Source: an uncultured Nitrospiraceae bacterium (GTDB lineage: Bacteria; Nitrospirota; Thermodesulfovibrionia; Thermodesulfovibrionales; SM23-35). From it: 64,000 nt of DNA. The notes under the pieces are model-generated. The model was not told the origin of the DNA, made no database searches, and saw only the letters and a program-made list of their open reading frames with translations. Positions within the stretch are counted from its first letter, which is position 1; every line of letters starts with the position of its first letter. Position numbers and translations under genes: made by a program. Below are positions 62,817 through 64,000 of the stretch, in pieces. Where the stretch lies: contig CAVSHB010000002.1 of the NCBI GenBank assembly GCA_963727775.1, positions 1-64,000 of the forward strand. The letters run 5' to 3'.

Positions 62817-63887
62817 ATGAATGACCTTGAAAAATTAAGAGCAAAGATAGACAAAATCGATAATGAAATCCTCAATCTCCTGAATAGAAGATCCAATATT
62901 GTACTTGACGTCGCACATATAAAAAGGAATAACAAATCAAAATTCTATTCACCTGATCGGGAGCGCGAGATATTCGAACGCCTTACAACCCTCAACAAAG
63001 GGCCGTTCCCGAATGAAACTCTGAAAGTCATATACAGGGAAATACTCTCTGCTTCCCTTTATCTTGAGGAACCCTTAAAGGTTGCCTGCCTCGGTCCTAT
63101 GGCGACCTTCACCCATCTTGCTGCTTTAAGACATTTCGGTTCATCCGCCTCATTCGTACCGGTCATCGGTATCAAAGATGTCTTTGAGGCAGTTGAAACC
63201 GGAAAAACAGAATTCGGGGTTGTTCCTATTGAAAACTCTAACGAGGGTGTCATAACCTATACTCTTGATCTATTCATAGATTATGACCTCAAGGTCTCTG
63301 CCGAGGTTATGCTGGAAATTACTCATAACCTGCTTTCACGAAGCGGTGATAGAAAGAGAATTAAAAAGATATACTCATTTTCTCCACCGACAGCTCAATG
63401 CAGGCGATGGCTTCAATTAAATATGCCCGGGATACCGATAATAGAAGCAACAAGCACAGCGAATGCGGCAGAACTTGCTGCGCATGATGACGACGCAGCT
63501 GCTATTGCAAGTGAACTGGCGGCAGAGATATACAACCTACAGTTTGTCGAGCGGAGCATAGAAGACAATAAACACAATTTTACCAGGTTCCTTGTTATCT
63601 CAAAGGAGTTCCCCCATAAGACGGGGAAAGACAAGACCTCCATCATGTTCTCAATCAAAGATAAACCCGGATCGCTCTACGATATCCTCTACCCATTAAA
63701 AAAAGCAGGGATTAATCTTACAAAAATAGAGTCAAGGCCTTCCAAAAGAAAAGCCTGGGAGTATATATTTTTTGTTGATATGGAAGGGCACATAAATGAT
63801 AAAAAATTGAAAAAGGCTGTAGAGTCCCTGAAAGATAATTGTCTTTATCTCAAAATTCTCGGCTCTTATCCTTATAGTGGAGTCTAA
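62817..63887 (+). CDS. pheA: Chorismate mutase/prephenate dehydratase
   Basis: LRAKIDKID CM domain, VPIENS.EG, N.TRF, TKIESRP. Confidence 0.97.
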   Translation: MNDLEKLRAKIDKIDNEILNLLNRRSNIVLDVAHIKRNNKSKFYSPDREREIFERLTTLNKGPFPNETLKVIYREILSASLYLEEPLKVACLGPMATFTHLAALRHFGSSASFVPVIGIKDVFEAVETGKTEFGVVPIENSNEGVITYTLDLFIDYDLKVSAEVMLEITHNLLSRSGDRKRIKKIYSFSPPTAQCRRWLQLNMPGIPIIEATSTANAAELAAHDDDAAAIASELAAEIYNLQFVERSIEDNKHNFTRFLVISKEFPHKTGKDKTSIMFSIKDKPGSLYDILYPLKKAGINLTKIESRPSKRKAWEYIFFVDMEGHINDKKLKKAVESLKDNCLYLKILGSYPYSGV

Positions 63888-64000
63888 ATGATCAAGCCGC
63901 CTGATTATGTCTCAGCCATAAAGCCATATATCCCCGGGAAGCCTCTGGAGGAGCTTGAGCGTGAACTGGGGATTAAAGACTCTGTAAAGCTTGCGTCGAA
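63888..64000 (+). CDS. hisC: Histidinol-phosphate aminotransferase, 5' partial
   Basis: MIKPPDYVSAIKPYIPGKPLEELERELGIKDSVKLAS; typical pheA-hisC synteny; runs off the window. Confidence 0.85.
   Translation, partial: MIKPPDYVSAIKPYIPGKPLEELERELGIKDSVKLAS

Overview
Bacterial chromosomal window from a diderm organism (Kdo/LPS genes, type IV pilins, multiheme cytochrome c). Overall protein style suggests a Nitrospirota/Thermodesulfovibrio-like or deltaproteobacteria-like anaerobe; this is an inference only. Bases 1 to about 11,700 look like the right part of an integrated accessory island. It ends at a tRNA-Arg(CCT) gene that is cut off directly after its anticodon. The island carries a DUF6915-like protein, a metallophosphoesterase and a conserved helical protein. 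It also carries a translationally coupled four-gene operon (two XPB-NTD/p52-like 'helicase-associated' proteins, a small Cys-rich protein and an XPB/Ssl2 helicase) and a HigBA-type toxin-antitoxin pair with an attC-like site and flanking inverted repeats. The rest is mostly core genome: cysS-rlmB, a tRNA-Thr/Tyr/Gly/Thr-tuf-rpmG-tRNA-Trp-secE-nusG-rplKAJL-rpoBC cluster, kdsB-pyrG-kdsA-kdsD, trpS, prpE/acs, gap-pgk, rho, mnmG-rsmG and pheA-hisC. Less ordinary stretches are a radC-purH(N-half)-purD-like-purE cluster whose PurD has lost nearly all active-site motifs, gspG plus two pilins with a candidate pilin-glycosylation locus, a radical SAM pair, a repeat lipoprotein and a multiheme cytochrome. 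The best novelty candidates are the TFIIH-core-like XPB operon in the tRNA-splitting island, the degenerate PurD beside a half-PurH, and the pilin glycosylation locus. All family calls come from motif recognition by eye; no searches were run.
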